A stretch of 64,000 bases of DNA. It comes from an uncultured delta proteobacterium (lineage in GTDB: Bacteria > Desulfobacterota > RBG-13-43-22). Positions 61,921-64,000 of the stretch are shown here, one piece after another. Made by a program: the position numbers and the translations under genes. The stretch lies in contig CAWBOS010000012.1 of assembly GCA_963790475.1 (NCBI GenBank), positions 256,001 through 320,000 on the forward strand, given 5' to 3'. How positions within the stretch are numbered: position 1 is the first letter of the stretch; each line of letters opens with the position of its first letter. The notes beneath the pieces are model-generated. The model was not told the DNA's origin, searched no databases, and saw only the letters and a program-made list of their open reading frames with translations.

Positions 61921-62016
61921 CTGCCCTGTTAGGGGCCACCTCTTCCGGGGAACTCCCGGACGAGGCGTAGTAACTTAGGAATAGAATTCTACTCAAATTG
62001 GATAGAATATTTCGTC

Positions 62017-62134
62017 GTCATAAGGTCTCGCGGAGGCGGGAATCCAGGCTATTCTCAACTTATTAAAAACACTGGATTCCCTTTTTCAAGGGAATGACGA
62101 AAATAGGCTTTCGGTGACTTTTTACGAATCCACC
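62017..62134. repeat. REP-like double hairpin
   Basis: GCGGGAATCCAG ... CTGGATTCCC..GGGAATGACG then GACTTTTTACGA. Confidence 0.72.
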
Positions 62135-62199
62135 AAATGTTACAATATTTCAAATATGGTTCCGGCTTGTCCGGGTTAGGTGTTTGAAAATAAATTCTC

Positions 62200-62422
62200 G
62201 TTCACTGCAAAGCCGCAAAGAAGGCAAAGAGAATTTTCTTAGAACAATCCCGTGAGTGGCAGGATTGTTCTAACCGACTCTATCCTTCGGATAGAAAAAT
62301 TCAAAGAGGGCTTCGGCCCGAAGGGGACTACTCCCGAAGGGTTGCCAAGCGTATCGATTGCCAGCCTCTCACTGGCAATCGATACATATTATTCTTTGCG
62401 ACCTCTGCGGCTTTGCGGTGAA
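62200..62422. repeat. CACCGCA-family inverted repeat element
   Basis: GTTCACTGCAAAGCCGCAAAG / CTCTGCGGCTTTGCGGTGAA, near-identical to the ends at 28580-28777. Confidence 0.82.
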
Positions 62423-62476
62423 AACAAGTTTTCAAAAAACTAAACTGATACCGTAAACCGAATGGGTTAAGTATTC

Positions 62477-63256
62477 TCATCTTCCTGCCTCGACCATCTC
62501 TATGGTTTTTGATTCAATGTCGGTACTGCTCATCAAGGCCGAACCGACCAGGACGGCATTAAGCTTTAATCCTTTCAGACCCTCTATATGTTTTTGGTTG
62601 TGGATGCCGCTCTCACCCACGATGATATGGCCTTCAGGAATCTGGGCGGCCAGCTCACGGGTAGTCTGCAGGTTAATCTCGAAAGTATCCAGGTCCCGGT
62701 TATTTATACCGATAATTTCCGCCTTGGCATCAAGGGCCTTTTCCAGGTCTTCCCGGTCATGGACCTCAACCAGCGCGGCCAGGCCGCATTCATGAGAGAT
62801 ATGGAGCAACTCCTTTAACTGCGCCTCGGAAAGGATTCTGACAATCAACAGGATGGCATCCGCCCCCCAGGCCAGGGCCTCCCTAATCTGTATCCCATCG
62901 ATAATGAAATCCTTCCTCAGGACAGGCAGGTTTACCGCCTGCTTCACTTCGGGCAGATTTTCCAAGTGCCCGTGAAAAAATTTTTGATCCGTCAATAAGG
63001 ATATGGCGGACGCTCCGCCCCGTTCATAAATCCGGCCGATTTTTATCGGGTCTGTCTTTTCCCGAATCCTGCCAGCCGAAGGAGAGGCAAACTTAATCTC
63101 GGCGATCAGATTGATCCGGCCCGGTTGAGATATGGCGGATTTGAAATCGCGGATTCCGGGGATCTTTCTTTGACCGGGAGAGGATAGGCCGTTTTTTTTC
63201 AGTTGGGCCACTTCCTGCTTTTTTGTTTCAAGTATTTCTATCAGCCGTGAATGCAT
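62477..63256 (-). CDS. trpC: Indole-3-glycerol phosphate synthase
   Basis: IAEIKFASPS, LRKDFI, LVEVH, GINNRDL, ESGI. Confidence 0.97.
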   Translation of the reverse strand: MHSRLIEILETKKQEVAQLKKNGLSSPGQRKIPGIRDFKSAISQPGRINLIAEIKFASPSAGRIREKTDPIKIGRIYERGGASAISLLTDQKFFHGHLENLPEVKQAVNLPVLRKDFIIDGIQIREALAWGADAILLIVRILSEAQLKELLHISHECGLAALVEVHDREDLEKALDAKAEIIGINNRDLDTFEINLQTTRELAAQIPEGHIIVGESGIHNQKHIEGLKGLKLNAVLVGSALMSSTDIESKTIEMVEAGR

Positions 63257-63349
63257 AATAATTTCCGAAATATTACGTTAATATTAGTTCCTCATGTCCC
63301 TTGAGGTCGTCATGAATCTTGAAATTAATATTATGCTGAGGAGAGGTTT

Positions 63350-63426
63350 GTCATTCCGGCGAAAGCCGGAATCCAGGTTAAAGAAAGCATCCATAGCCCT
63401 GGATGCCGGATCAAGTCCGGCATGAC
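63350..63426. repeat. REP-like double hairpin
   Basis: GTCATTCCGGCGAAAGCCGGAATCCAG ... CTGGATGCCGGATCAAGTCCGGCATGAC. Confidence 0.82.
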
Positions 63427-63470
63427 GGGAAACAAACATGCTCCCAGAGTAATGTAGAATTGTTCTCGTA

Positions 63471-64000
63471 TTAAACCTTAATGCTGTTAGTAAATTCGAT
63501 CAATTGTTCCAACTTATGTTTGGCCTTACCGGAGTCAATCACATCCCGGGCACGTTCAATGCCGGCCTTCAGGTCTTGATCGAGTCCGGCAGCCACGAAG
63601 GCCGCAGCCGCGTTCAATAGAACAATATCCTTTCTGGCCCCCTCCTGGCCGTCCAGGATATTTCGAATGATCCAGGCGTTTTCCTGGGCGTCTCCGCCTT
63701 TTATAGCATCAATCGTAGCCCTTTGAAATCCGTAATCTTCGGGGGAAATTTGATAACTATGAACATCTCCGTCCTTGAGATGAGAGATCCGGGTCGGGCT
63801 GCAGATGCTGATCTCATCGAAGATTCCTTCTCCGCAAACCACAAAGGCTTCTTTCGAACCCAATCTACCGAGGACCCGGGCCATCTTTTCCGTTAAATCG
63901 GGGGAGTAGACTCCAAGGACCTGGGCGGTAGCCCCGGCCGGGTTGGTCAGAGGTCCAAGGATATTGAATATGGTCCGTAATCCGATCTCTTTCCTGGGCC
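63471..64000 (-). CDS. trpD: Anthranilate phosphoribosyltransferase (5' part outside window)
   Basis: RTIFNILGPLTNP, GVYS, DEIS, LLNAAAA. Confidence 0.95.
   Translation of the reverse strand, partial: PRKEIGLRTIFNILGPLTNPAGATAQVLGVYSPDLTEKMARVLGRLGSKEAFVVCGEGIFDEISICSPTRISHLKDGDVHSYQISPEDYGFQRATIDAIKGGDAQENAWIIRNILDGQEGARKDIVLLNAAAAFVAAGLDQDLKAGIERARDVIDSGKAKHKLEQLIEFTNSIKV

Larger units (their letters stand above)
60021..61979 (-). mobile_element. IS-like element without terminal IRs, inserted between trpC and trpF
   Basis: CTTAGG at 60021-60026 and 61974-61979; single large ORF; subterminal palindrome 60043-60062; structured leader. Confidence 0.75.

Noticed and set aside
1-64000. tRNA or rRNA genes
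   Set aside because: None recognised by eye; tRNAscan-SE and Rfam scans were not run

Overview
Bacterial chromosomal segment, probably from an anaerobic Deltaproteobacterium/Desulfobacterota (inferred from gene content and repeat families). It contains: several type II toxin-antitoxin modules (RelE, two VapBC, HigBA, BrnTA); a LipS1-like radical SAM gene beside an LplA-DUF116 fusion; nfo; an acetylene-hydratase-family Mo/W enzyme with a 4Fe-4S partner and CoA ligase; an uncharacterised glycyl-radical enzyme with activase; a frameshifted ~1280 aa nuclease-STAND candidate defence gene; a ~14 kb acyl-CoA catabolic cluster with a TetR regulator; and trpD-C-F-B-A. Mobile DNA includes an IS1182-family element, several MITE/REP-like repeat families and a REP-flanked GIY-YIG gene. 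The most unusual feature is a ~1.96 kb element inserted between trpC and trpF. It has no terminal inverted repeats, is bounded by CTTAGG direct repeats, encodes a 552 aa Rep-like/winged-helix protein and has a highly structured leader. Four genes are frameshifted, three in short homopolymers, so assembly error cannot be excluded. All calls come from motif recognition by eye; no searches were run.
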